Source: a virus (taxonomy: Duplodnaviria; Caudoviricetes). Taken from it: 59,818 nucleotides of DNA. A program made the position numbers and the translations under genes. The stretch lies in IMG/VR virus record IMGVR_UViG_3300020400_000007, positions 1 through 59,818 of that record. The stretch is one strand, 5' to 3'. The notes beneath the pieces are model-generated. The model was not told the DNA's origin and did no database searches. It saw nothing but the letters and a program-made list of their open reading frames with translations. The number at the start of each line of letters is the position of its first letter. The stretch's first letter is position 1. Positions 32,401-39,237 of the stretch are shown here, in pieces.

Positions 32401-35138
32401 TGTGTTGATGTGTTTTCAACTAAATGTTCTGACTTTTTAAAAGTTCCCACTCCAAGCATATCACTGAAGTAAAAAGGCATATCATTAGTCTTGTTTTCAT
32501 TTAATTTTTGCATCACCTTGTCAAAATGAATTTTAGTTGCACCATCAAATCCTAAAGTAGTTGCTGTTTGTAAAAACATTTTTCTAAATTTACCATATTG
32601 TGATCTAGCATATCTCATTGCCAATATGATATTTGCTTGTTTGTTTGTGATGTGATAGTTTGCTAAATTAAAAGGTCCACTTGATTGTATAAACTTTGTT
32701 CCATAAGCAGACAAGTTTCCTAAATCACGTAAATTTCCTGTGCCTGGAAAAGTACCCGTAAAGTCTTCACGCATTTCAACAATGCTTGATACATGATCAT
32801 TTACTTCACCAAGTGTAAACGATCCTATATTATTGTTAAGTGGATTTCTTTCTAAGTTACTTGCAATTTCATACACACCGTTTGCATTTTTCTGTGCATC
32901 ACTTTTTGTTTTAATTACAAGTATGTCATCTTTTTTGAGATCTTTTACAAATCTTACAAATGCTGTTCCATTTAATCTATTGATTGTAAAGTCAGTGCCA
33001 CTTTTCTTTGCTTTATTGTTTACATATATTCTAGTAAACAAATCATTTAAGTCACCGCTTCTATTATAAACATCTATGGCAAAATCATTTAGCTGTGTAT
33101 CTACAACATAAATTCTTCGTACCAATTGTTTGCTGTCCTCATAACCTTTGATCCAACCAGATGCGTATGTGAATGTAGTTCTGTCTGTGTATCTTTTTAA
33201 AAGACCTACGTCTGTTTTTCCTGTAAGTGTAGCATTTAAATTTTGATATGTAAATGTGTCGTTGAGCAAATTAAAATCAAACACAATATCACCTGTGTTT
33301 ACAAGAGCTCTGTATGTTAAAGGAAATCCTAATACAGCATCATTTGTGCCTGTGCCTTTCTTGTAACTGAATAATTTTGTCCCTGTAAAAGTTGAACTTG
33401 GATAAGTTGTTTTATCAGTAAAAGCATTTCCATTGACATCAAACAAATCAAAGGTTGGGCTTTGGTTTACAGAAGTCTTGTCTTGCCCTGCCAACCACTT
33501 GGTACCGTTGTAGTACCACATTTTTCCTTTGTATTCGTCACCTTGTTTAATTAACACACATTCATTTTCTAAAGGATTTGTGTCTGTTTCTTCAACTAAA
33601 CTAATTTGTCTTACGTTGTTATGCGTAATAAATTTTACTTTAAAAATTTTACCTGCTACTCTAGTGTCTGGGTCTGCTGTAAACAAGATACGCATATTGT
33701 CGCCAACATCAACTCCATCAATGTTGTAACCTATGGAACCTTCTACTATACTAAACACATCATCTGTGAATGTGTCTAAAAGATCAACGTCTTTTTTTGC
33801 TTCGGTTCCAAAGTTAAAAAGTTTAATCTGTGATTCAAATTCTATAATTGGTCTTGCCGCTCTACCTGTTTGATTTATATCTGCAGGTTCGTCAAGTACT
33901 AATGCAACTGTTTCTAAAACAGATTTATGAAACCACTTGTTATATCTTGACCAAGGACTTCTGCTTGTTGCAGATCTGTTCTGTACAATATAATCATGTG
34001 TGTTTGCGTATGCACTTGCAGTACTAAATGGACTTCTATCAAAACCTTCTGAATCAAATGGATTAGCTCTGCTTGTTGAATAGGTTCCAGGGATCATTAC
34101 TTCCTGTTCTGATATTAATTTAATTGCATCTCCTACACCTTCTACATACCAATTGCCTTCTGCATACTTGGCTGGTGTAACTGTGCCTTGGAAATCTACT
34201 TTCATACCATTTGACATTTCATAACCATTTGTCATCTTGTATGTTTTCTTGCCAACAATTTCTGCTTCTACATCTATTTCTGTATTTTCTTGCACATCAT
34301 ATACTTGTATCAATCCACTTGCATTAATGTCATTTCCGTTTACATAATATAATGTGTCTGGGGCAAGTAAATCAACTGTGAATTCAATTACGCCTACATC
34401 TGTTGTATGTGAACTATCACTTAATCCTTCGCTGTACAAATAATCATTGTCAAGTGTACGAGCAGTTCTAATTGACAAAGGCATACCCGGAGTGTTTACT
34501 TCAAACTTGTATGTCTGTCCTCTATATAATTTTAATGTTGGATTGTTTGTTTTTCCATCAGGTGTAAACACGTATGCTTTGTTATCCAAGTTGTCTATGC
34601 TTGTAACTTTGTATGTGCTTGTAATTCCTTTTGCTTGTCCTACCACAGGAATTGCTAATGGACCATTTGGTAACCAATAGTAATCTCTAAAATTGGTAAA
34701 CTTATCCCAGTCTATATGAGGATTCCAAGAATAGTATTCTTGTTTAAAAGTTTTGCTGTCATCATCAACAGTACCATTGAATGCTTTTATTTGATTTTTT
34801 AAATCGTTGTAATCTTTATAAAAAGTTACATTGTTTAAATTATCTTTGATAACTGTTGCTGGTTCAAATTGATATTCTTCTCTTTCTGGACTTACATCAG
34901 GTACATAATTATCAGACGCCTTTCTTGCTGTTGCAATTCTTCTACCGTAGTAGGAACTGATTTTTTCAGCTACGCCTGGATTTAGTAATTGATCAAGTGT
35001 TGCACTTAAAAACTTTTTATTGTGTGCTGTGCGAAAATATTTAGGCAGATGTTCTGCACTAGTTCTTCTGTGCTGATCACTATTGCTTTGATCTCCTGCC
35101 GGTAATGGATATTCTTCTTGGTTAGCATTATAGGCCAT
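20418..35138 (-). CDS. Giant 4906-aa baseplate wedge/fibre scaffold protein (gp7-like position)
   Basis: Uninterrupted 14.7-kb ORF immediately downstream of gp6. Contains FG-GAP-like propeller repeats (FGSSVAVSDDGSMVAVGAP), ITNGGKGY..P repeats and C-terminal F.GDG...F.L beta repeats. Confidence 0.8.
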   Translation of the reverse strand: MAYNANQEEYPLPAGDQSNSDQHRRTSAEHLPKYFRTAHNKKFLSATLDQLLNPGVAEKISSYYGRRIATARKASDNYVPDVSPEREEYQFEPATVIKDNLNNVTFYKDYNDLKNQIKAFNGTVDDDSKTFKQEYYSWNPHIDWDKFTNFRDYYWLPNGPLAIPVVGQAKGITSTYKVTSIDNLDNKAYVFTPDGKTNNPTLKLYRGQTYKFEVNTPGMPLSIRTARTLDNDYLYSEGLSDSSHTTDVGVIEFTVDLLAPDTLYYVNGNDINASGLIQVYDVQENTEIDVEAEIVGKKTYKMTNGYEMSNGMKVDFQGTVTPAKYAEGNWYVEGVGDAIKLISEQEVMIPGTYSTSRANPFDSEGFDRSPFSTASAYANTHDYIVQNRSATSRSPWSRYNKWFHKSVLETVALVLDEPADINQTGRAARPIIEFESQIKLFNFGTEAKKDVDLLDTFTDDVFSIVEGSIGYNIDGVDVGDNMRILFTADPDTRVAGKIFKVKFITHNNVRQISLVEETDTNPLENECVLIKQGDEYKGKMWYYNGTKWLAGQDKTSVNQSPTFDLFDVNGNAFTDKTTYPSSTFTGTKLFSYKKGTGTNDAVLGFPLTYRALVNTGDIVFDFNLLNDTFTYQNLNATLTGKTDVGLLKRYTDRTTFTYASGWIKGYEDSKQLVRRIYVVDTQLNDFAIDVYNRSGDLNDLFTRIYVNNKAKKSGTDFTINRLNGTAFVRFVKDLKKDDILVIKTKSDAQKNANGVYEIASNLERNPLNNNIGSFTLGEVNDHVSSIVEMREDFTGTFPGTGNLRDLGNLSAYGTKFIQSSGPFNLANYHITNKQANIILAMRYARSQYGKFRKMFLQTATTLGFDGATKIHFDKVMQKLNENKTNDMPFYFSDMLGVGTFKKSEHLVENTSTQYFPLATSFDLTKLTNKAVNVYINGVQLIHGTDYKFESEFAGFVTITKTKNINDLIEIYEYDNTDGSYIPPTPTKLGLYPKFKPEIFVDNTYQTPTKVIQGHDGSIFVAYNDFRDDLLIELEKRIYNNIKINYDVDILNIHDFIGGESRYTGYTRNARDKAMLADFVEWNRAVGDPDYTDFTFWSRANSFTYNYSNTSSPSGKQNPGYWRAVYKEAYDTDRPHTHPWEMLGYSEEPTWWQSVYGSAPYTSENKILWQDIEKGAYRIPDVPMVYNEKYARTNITKHIPVDDGGNLLSPLDSNYAKNYISNRTQEPFVFGDQAPTETAWRRSSEYPFSLITAWMLNQPTKIIGAGFDRARIKRNLAKELIYTETNKRLRLADIVFPNTIEDETRVQTAGLVNYIADYMNSKTVKFYSQYKDDIANITNQLGLKIGGFTEKAKFKLILDSRTPYNEGNVFVPEENYQIFLNKSSVVDLVPYSGVIIEKVASGFIIKGYNYDNPYFKYYTPVALADDPLVRVGGVSADFVQWNEGQTYSPGFVVKFGNDFYMTETLHVAGSEFEQEKFVRLAELPVEGGRSAFFRREWNEGINQEPVELAYGTQIKTIQGVVDFLLGYERYLKAQGFVFQNYNKEINEVEDWSLSAKEFMFWTTQNWQANSVITLSPGAINLQFYKKHHVADNLFDSFYGYNLFKADGKKLLQANLNVFRDNDNNLGITTKNTTDGIYAVKIPLIQVEHVCLLDNKTVFSDFIYDLEPGYRQERIKVLGYRTDDWTGGLNIPGFVYDEVNITEWEAWKDYAIGDTVKYKEFFYVAKRKLPGKEVFVDVDWQRLSEAPKSGLQANLDYKAKQFADFYDLDTDNFDIDQQRVAQHLIGYQKRKYLENIINDDVSQYKFYQGFIQDKGTQNSLTKLFDALSNTDADSVNFYEEWAVRLGQLGSSQSFEEVEYKLDEAKFRLSPQPVELVQTVTGNETDLIYRQRPFETYLKPDGYNHAPFPTKYKDKDYIQTAGYVNSADVKQTVAKYDDILGLTLTTLNVGDYIWTGTSKIDDWDVLKYTRTNDKILSVVKNTTTNEVEIKLNNQANYVKDDIIGVVDVADTEKLFKVIRSELDTVFCTDNGETSDVETANGFLTTFTSARVANLEEANTRLFAGEFQVGELLWVDDDSANRWIVLKNTPQHSELQVISNVETGDSSTNFGKVIGADERNTTLVVGANESNKVYIFQRTNDNTTYNHAQTIDAPANLYTGDGKFGTGLDLSSDAKWLVIGAPNASNAKTKFKGAFASNVSYAEKDIIQYQENFWEAQFPISAAQGTLTFNSFYDPTQIAKASWTGTAYPQIVYAIRGNYRFNVPTDHILVRAPTAQYEGSAVGDTLAFNWKQYSQNYPNGVVPFGVQGPVLSELEGNKSIVAKVDAVLYFDNLLRTPQVGDLISTSTAIGTVNHISVQNVNQAMIYISGMNGQFLANDNATLGGVTMGSYALVEPTNSQASFGGWWRINVTTAFDTTVKEITEPQFVIQDIITQAESKSPEIYYNTMDDVYALNQVSDPTKGGRLGHLSFYNKQGMPDLSPLWFFRAPKAWTDTLVSGTPFTMRVNEIRGGNTLTVFDPATLGIGFDYLNDTLHSVYDIWDGFVDVTFTNFDNNGNPFIPQIGDIIIDQSTNATAEVVYLQEQLLDCRLYVKARNGSFKFGNQHSDTSTIAIKDGVSAGVDRLSGRLDNANMSGSIAGKLVVVRNTDSTMLPVTAPTFRDELEIYVFNNRTVNGVARTPNTPNPLNKDWKQVSALKLDTTGTPSAFTNEGAYFVYERMGTGLYSYQHGYTNPQRESNRFLGTIIKLTKSTQSELYRLFVSAPGNNTTSNSGRIHLVTHGTDTDGTTYEWARSKNYFFKGEFSDSQDYYTNDIVLYNGQFYQANTNLVAGAWNPTFWTVIDAFIDYIGYLPNDTNLVVSDDSTFDKANLTNYAHPFAVAKLGEVIATVADFNNSDPKVIIYRFIKGHYGFSQMIPAPVAGIGFGSSVAVSDDGSMVAVGAPLADDRSNDNGKVFVYTNNLGTFELTQTLYSPEKDVAERFGAAIDFNGNDLVISSKGGDLVTSTTFDNITTTFDNNLTQFEKVNADSGQVFMYQKVRNKLLYAEKFNYKNPATERFGEFLLFNENHVYVPMPELSITDNNFIGTLIDFKRTRDVMPWATLHSPMDQVDLSKFKGIFIYEINENPVAQAVDYIDPIQGKIAGAAEEELTFKTHYDPAVYTNGTPSQNTVIDADNYWDTKWVGRLWWDLSTAKFVNPYQGNIIYNTANWNKLFTGASIDVYEWVESTLTPTQWSQQADTEEGLTKGISGTPKDLNTFVQVQKFDNVAKSFFNKYYYWVKNKKIIPHFEFRKTSAYDVAQLIQDPAGQGQRFIAMYSNSRFGLYNCESLVSGPENAINFRYWTIENKEINAHNQYQLLTEGLDTSRPNKDLERKWYDSLIGVDVNERAVPDTILSPKQAYGILDRPRQGMFKNKTEALKQTVERANRTLKQNLIVDEFDLSKFLSKDPTPTLLSRKFDKAIDTYAELSTVGVSNISPAVLTPVFENGRLARVDITNGGKGYKTIPTVEFGNTGNGSGAEITLTMDAHGTITSAVVKNTGNDYGPKTTLEVRKYSVLVTVDESVNSRWSIYAYQENSKTWARTTSSSYDVTQWWTYEDWYDVGYSEFTETDFLIDFSYELDSLDDAVGDIVKISTIGSGGWLLLEKISNDGSDYTTKYKTIGRENGTIQLSNSLFDSANSNIGYDGLSYDTSFYDNQPTRELRIILQSLRDDIFINDLAVEYNKLFFASLRYVFSEQANVDWAFKTSFIKAKHNAGDLQQKITFQNDSLPSYEDFVKETKPYKTKIREYISNYTNTDETASGITDFDIPPAYSSDDGKIVPASLKVQNDLIVGQDASITTYPNKYWADCVGFEVKQINIKTGGTLYLETPLIKFVGGGGTGAVAKATLGAGGTIKYITVTNPGKGYLSAPTVTVEGTQDPAGVKAVVSAQLGNSKVRSNHIVSKFDRTTGNFLITTLTEVENFTGTGSKTQYDLKFPMDLRTTTITVTVAGIEALQSEYTISNLADNTKSYARSKGRVTFTEPPANNSAIVVNYSKAIDMLQAQDRINMFYDPTTGMLGKDVSQLMDGIDYGGVQVKSFTFGAGTGWSSEPYYTTTYDTYDNTYEDEVFTLDGSTNVFTLAKPLESGVVYNVYKNGVRIDDPQYDGSTVSNNPNAVMESITGAGQTFIQLDETKVPTVANDVIVIRKSTSDGSFIPDPDGYDTLLQGGDLVYQTARGLSAEEIVVDGDSFVTPLTSKGPEELVPGQVLDTLDIKVYDRTGDGSSILHSYNYLGDGNNKDFDINFVPMSQSDVWIKVNGNILADTLFEVDYQNKKIKLTNAPGLNEQVHIITMSNNGEKILDIDTFIGDGSTAQFVVPVKYKNTLSHFLTVDGKTVNVTLAETDNTYSGQKGMSVFKLGTAPLNGAVIQYAIFDSASTSFSQITTDTFTGDGNTTSFTLAQAPFTQEPLEQNVIVKVDNNILNAGYNQRFVVSATREYTLKDYQIPKAGIDANKVRVFLNGEEITITQSWSWNTFNATVNLFSDVGVAGDILNVYIRNDGDYSFGFFDGNGLWNATPNKIYFDNAPANGSAVTVYQFSKHDVRKIERINLDVVTRNPITVGTSNYTEYHQLTNGIIKLRTLAIDAEYVWIVVNGTLLTPSVDYYLEEDRQTVRVVTDINANDVVELIHFSNNTIVPKFGYRQFKDMLNRTHFKRLGDDVEYTLAEDLNWYDTKIFVTNVDSLPIPNKAKQMPGVLFIGGERIEYYLKEDGALRQLRRGTLGTGVKTKHSQGSVVLDQSRDQTVPYKDETMTLNFVSDGSTKAYTLDFVPQDPTGSGTVMDLVEVFVGGRRLRKNAISSFDPTTNLDSPEADTTLPAEFSMTAGSTTLTLTEQPPINTKIMVVRRIGKRWTDPGTPLRLAENNIGRFLRNKEVALPK

Positions 35139-38100
35139 TAGTATCCACTCCCAGAGCCGCCGCTATATCCACCACCTGAACCTGAACCACCTGATCCTCC
35201 AGAACCGCCAGAGCCACCTGAACCGCTTGATCCGGAGCCTGAACTAGAACTGCTAGAACTTGAAGTTGTTGTTCCTGATGAACCTGAACTATATGAACTT
35301 GCAACTGAACCTGATGAATAAGTTGTACCGCTTGTTACACCGGTTGTTCCACTTGCTGATGTAGTAACAACGTTGCCTGATGCTTTTAATTTACTTGCTG
35401 TAATGGCATCAATAATAGCAACATCATCTACAGTAGCACCACTTATAAAAATTTCATCTGCTTCTGATTTGATCTCATATAAACTTCCAAATGCTTGACT
35501 TTCTTGCTTTGGAACAATTACTAGATTTACAAGATCAGGCGCTGTTTTGTTCATAACGTAAGTAGCCATCTCTGAGAAATGAAAAGTATCACCAAAATCC
35601 CAATTTTCTAAAGCAAAATATTCATTCATTGCAGATACAACTCTTGCTTTTATGTCGTTGTCATTTACAACTTGATCTGGATTTTTAACAATCTTAATAC
35701 TTGCCTGTAATCGAGCATCTGCTTTTGCTCCAAATAATACTTTGTACTTGACTGGATGATATATTACATCATCACTAATAGATTTAATTTTGCTTATTGC
35801 TGATCCATAGTTGTTAAACAAATTATCACTGCTAGGTGGTAAAGGCAAACTATCCAATGTACCGTCAAGGTATTTTCTAAAGTTTGTGTCATAAGTTCTT
35901 GTTAACAAGTACGTGTCAACAATGTTACTTGAACTTGGATCTATTCTGCTGTCATCGTCTGCAGAATGTATGTAATGAAATTTAAGTCCTGCTCTACCTA
36001 CGTATGCTTTGTAGTCAGTTGTTAAAGCCAATGATGCACTAGTTTTACTGTAGATTTTAAATACTGCTTCTGTTACAAGATAAAACACTTGTCCGTCATC
36101 GTATTGACTTAACGCACCAACAAAACTTTCATTTTGTTTTACAAGAACTGTGCTTGTGGCGTTGTCCATGTATTTGTAATCTTCAATACCATCACTTGTT
36201 GTGTATTTTTTAAGAAATACATATTTTGTTAATGGATTAGTTGTTTCATCAACTAGTGTTACAAAAGTTTCTGGATCATCAACTACACCATCATCATCTG
36301 AATCAAAAAATGTTATTTCAACTTTTTTACTGTCTATGTATCCGTCACCGTCTCTATATTCTGCAGAAACTTCCCAAGGATAATCTACATTGAAAGGTGA
36401 TGTTGAATCTGGTTGCGTGTTTATGTTTAACACTTTAATTTTATCTTTTATAATTTGTCCTGTTCTATTATCATAAATTTTTTGTGTGCTATCATAATAG
36501 AATCTTATTTCTTCATTACTTTCAAAAATATATCTTTGTCCTCTGGTTGTGATAGTATATTTTTCTCCGTCTGTTTCAAATAATAGTAACCAACTTGCAT
36601 CTAATTGCTGATCTGTAACATCACCTGTTTTACCTGTGCTAAATGCACTTGATATATCTAGGTTGTTTTCAGTAATCATTCTCCACTGTCTTAAGTTACT
36701 GTCATATCTTAATCCAAAAGTTTTGTAAGCAAATATTTGATCCGTCATTTGTGATTGTACATCTGCTAATAAATTTTTACTGAATTTTGGTTTAAGTTCT
36801 GACAAAATAGCATTAGAATCTACTAGATCATTTAACACAATAGGTCCTGATCCATCTGCATTGTCAGTTCTGCCGTCACCAGTGACACTTACAACTTTTA
36901 CCCATTTATAAGTAATTGCATTTTTATGGTTAGGCAATCCTTGCATTAGTTTGTGTGAATTATCTGCCATAAAGTGAAAACCTGTTGGAGCAGTAAATTT
37001 TAACAATGTTCCTGCTTCAATAAATTTTAATGCACTTGCAGTAAAACTTCCTACTTGTAAAGCTGTGCTGTTAGAGTCAACAAATTTACCTGTTGACATA
37101 TTTGTTTTAGTTGTTGATCCTGACCATTTAGCACCCAAGTCTGCAACAAGTGTTTTTGCAAAATTTGTAAGATAATAATTTACCATTGACTTTTTACTCA
37201 ACAATGGTGTTACAGTATTTGCAATAGTGCCTTGGATATCTGTTTTAGTTACAAAAGTAAAACTAGTTTTTTCTGTGAAACTGTCTTTGTACAATACACC
37301 GTCATCACCATACAAGTTTGTGCTTGAATATTTTCCTGTTGCATCTAATAAATCATAATATCTTGATATACCAGAACTTGTTCTGTTTACACTTTTTACT
37401 TTAATAATTTCTTGACTTATGCTTAATGGACTTACTTGATAATCCTCACCAGTAACCATTCTGTTTTGTGTGTAATAAGTTGCAGGTGCATTTTCTCTAA
37501 TACTTGCATTACTTTCAGATATTGTTGCGTTGTCTACTGTGTATTTTAATTCTAGTGATAAACTTAATGACTCACTGTTTCCTGCTTTAGATGTGTAAGG
37601 AATGTTAATACTAATTGCAACTAGATCTGATGGATTAATATTGTATTGATCATTTAGTGATGTTCTGTAATAAGTTCTAAAAGATCCTTGTGGTAAGTTA
37701 CCAAATGTTCCGTCACTAAAAATTAAATCAACTGCATCTTGTGTTTTACTTAATACGCCATAAATGTTTCTAACACTTTTACGCAAACTATTGTAAACAA
37801 TATTGTTACCTTCAATAGCATCAACCTTTGTCCACAGTTGATCCTCAGCACCAATTGAATTTAATTTGTAAAGCCAAATGTCTGTGTTATTAATATTTGT
37901 TGCTTCTAAACCTACAGTTTGATTTGTGCTTGGATTATCAATAGTAAATGTTCCTGTGTCAAGTACACCTTGTCTGAAATGTGCAAAATATCCTGAGTTA
38001 GAACTGCCAGGTCCTCTGCCGTCATCTCTGTACAAGAATCCTAAACTGTTTCCTGGCAATGGTGCTTCTTCAGAAATAACACCATCGTTAACATCTGTTG

Positions 38101-38746
38101 ACACAACTTGAAACTGCATATTCTTTCCATCAACATTTTTACTAAATGTGTAAACTGGCACATCTGAATTACTTGCATCAAATCTATATTGGAATGTGGG
38201 TACACCTTCAACATTGTCTTTCTTGATAGGTTTACCTACTATACTGTTTGTTGGTAAAGCCGCATTCAGTACTTTTTCAAATTGTTCACGCCAGTTTGTG
38301 TTTGCAGGATCGTTCCATAAAACTGTTTGGTTTGCTAGATTAGTTCCATTGCTGTCAACAATATCTTCTGTTGTTGCAATAGATTCAAACTTTAGCAATC
38401 CGTTTGCTGTTTGATTTCTCTTTGGATTGTAAGAAAGAAGTCTAGCTAAACGCAGTATTGATTCTCTACGTTCAGCTAACTCTAAAAAGTTTTCTCTTGC
38501 ATTTAAGTCAATTCTAAATGAAATGTTTTGACCGAGGAAAGCAATAAGATCAATTAATGCTAGATACTCACTTGATTCGATGTAATCGTTAAAATCTTCT
38601 GGATAATTTTGTCGCAAATAGTTGATCATTGTTCTACGCAGATTGTCAAAATCATATGACTTGAAGTCTGCGTTTCTAAATGACTGATAGACCTTTTTCC
38701 AGTCTTCAGCTAACAATAATCTGTTTTGTCTATTTGTCGATGACAT
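35138..38746 (-). CDS. gp6: Baseplate wedge subunit, T4 gp6-like
   Basis: YDFDNLRRTMINYLRQNYPEDFNDY..S..ALIDLIAF..ENFLELAERRESILRLARLLSYNPKR; TQNRMVTGEDY. Confidence 0.88.
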   Translation of the reverse strand: MSSTNRQNRLLLAEDWKKVYQSFRNADFKSYDFDNLRRTMINYLRQNYPEDFNDYIESSEYLALIDLIAFLGQNISFRIDLNARENFLELAERRESILRLARLLSYNPKRNQTANGLLKFESIATTEDIVDSNGTNLANQTVLWNDPANTNWREQFEKVLNAALPTNSIVGKPIKKDNVEGVPTFQYRFDASNSDVPVYTFSKNVDGKNMQFQVVSTDVNDGVISEEAPLPGNSLGFLYRDDGRGPGSSNSGYFAHFRQGVLDTGTFTIDNPSTNQTVGLEATNINNTDIWLYKLNSIGAEDQLWTKVDAIEGNNIVYNSLRKSVRNIYGVLSKTQDAVDLIFSDGTFGNLPQGSFRTYYRTSLNDQYNINPSDLVAISINIPYTSKAGNSESLSLSLELKYTVDNATISESNASIRENAPATYYTQNRMVTGEDYQVSPLSISQEIIKVKSVNRTSSGISRYYDLLDATGKYSSTNLYGDDGVLYKDSFTEKTSFTFVTKTDIQGTIANTVTPLLSKKSMVNYYLTNFAKTLVADLGAKWSGSTTKTNMSTGKFVDSNSTALQVGSFTASALKFIEAGTLLKFTAPTGFHFMADNSHKLMQGLPNHKNAITYKWVKVVSVTGDGRTDNADGSGPIVLNDLVDSNAILSELKPKFSKNLLADVQSQMTDQIFAYKTFGLRYDSNLRQWRMITENNLDISSAFSTGKTGDVTDQQLDASWLLLFETDGEKYTITTRGQRYIFESNEEIRFYYDSTQKIYDNRTGQIIKDKIKVLNINTQPDSTSPFNVDYPWEVSAEYRDGDGYIDSKKVEITFFDSDDDGVVDDPETFVTLVDETTNPLTKYVFLKKYTTSDGIEDYKYMDNATSTVLVKQNESFVGALSQYDDGQVFYLVTEAVFKIYSKTSASLALTTDYKAYVGRAGLKFHYIHSADDDSRIDPSSSNIVDTYLLTRTYDTNFRKYLDGTLDSLPLPPSSDNLFNNYGSAISKIKSISDDVIYHPVKYKVLFGAKADARLQASIKIVKNPDQVVNDNDIKARVVSAMNEYFALENWDFGDTFHFSEMATYVMNKTAPDLVNLVIVPKQESQAFGSLYEIKSEADEIFISGATVDDVAIIDAITASKLKASGNVVTTSASGTTGVTSGTTYSSGSVASSYSSGSSGTTTSSSSSSSSGSGSSGSGGSGGSGGSGGSGSGGGYSGGSGSGY
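35141..35350 (-). repeat. Gly/Ser low-complexity repeat at the gp6 C-terminus
   Basis: Encodes ...SSSSSSSSGSGSSGSGGSGGSGGSGGSGSGGGYSGGSGSGY. Confidence 0.85.
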
Positions 38747-38765
38747 TTGCTTTCCTTATTATAAC

Positions 38766-38792
38766 TATTTATTTTAATCCATTAAGTGTGTA
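38766..38792 (-). promoter_or_regulatory. Bipartite late promoter upstream of gp6
   Basis: Minus strand TACACACTTAA-N10-TAAATA. Confidence 0.65.
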
Positions 38793-38793
38793 C

Positions 38794-39225
38794 TTAATAC
38801 TGTCCCGACTCTTCATCGAATTTAAGCCTCAAACGTTCGGAAATATTGTATGGTAGATATGTCAAATCCACGTCTACTAATATTCCACTTTCGTAACTAT
38901 CACACTCTATGGAGTTTACAACAACACGTGGGTCGCTGTTTACTATATCACTTACATTTTTGGCTATTGCTTCTTTCATATCTTCTGTAAGTGGCTCATA
39001 TATGGCGTCCCAAATAATTGTTCCAAATTCTGGATTCATCAGCTTTTCACCTTGTTTTATGTGAAAACTGTTGATAATATCTTGTTTGATCAACGAAATA
39101 TCAAATAATGACTTGCTGTTGTTATCAGGGTTGACTGTGCTTATACCTTTGTATGCACGATTGGTTGTGCTAGGTTGCTTGTTCTTACCTGATGGAACTG
39201 TAATTTTTTTGTATAACTCTGCCAT
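38794..39225 (-). CDS. gp25: Baseplate wedge subunit gp25-like (sheath initiator)
   Basis: IKQDIINSFHIKQGEKLMNPEFGTIIWDAIYEP...DPRV. Confidence 0.9.
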   Translation of the reverse strand: MAELYKKITVPSGKNKQPSTTNRAYKGISTVNPDNNSKSLFDISLIKQDIINSFHIKQGEKLMNPEFGTIIWDAIYEPLTEDMKEAIAKNVSDIVNSDPRVVVNSIECDSYESGILVDVDLTYLPYNISERLRLKFDEESGQY

Positions 39226-39237
39226 ATCAATATTTAC

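Noticed and set aside
38782-38797. Palindrome TTAAGT-GTGT-ACTTAA as a terminator or operator
   Set aside because: Weak AT-rich stem. One half is the promoter element and the other overlaps the gp25 stop, and the palindrome is not present at the other two motif copies.
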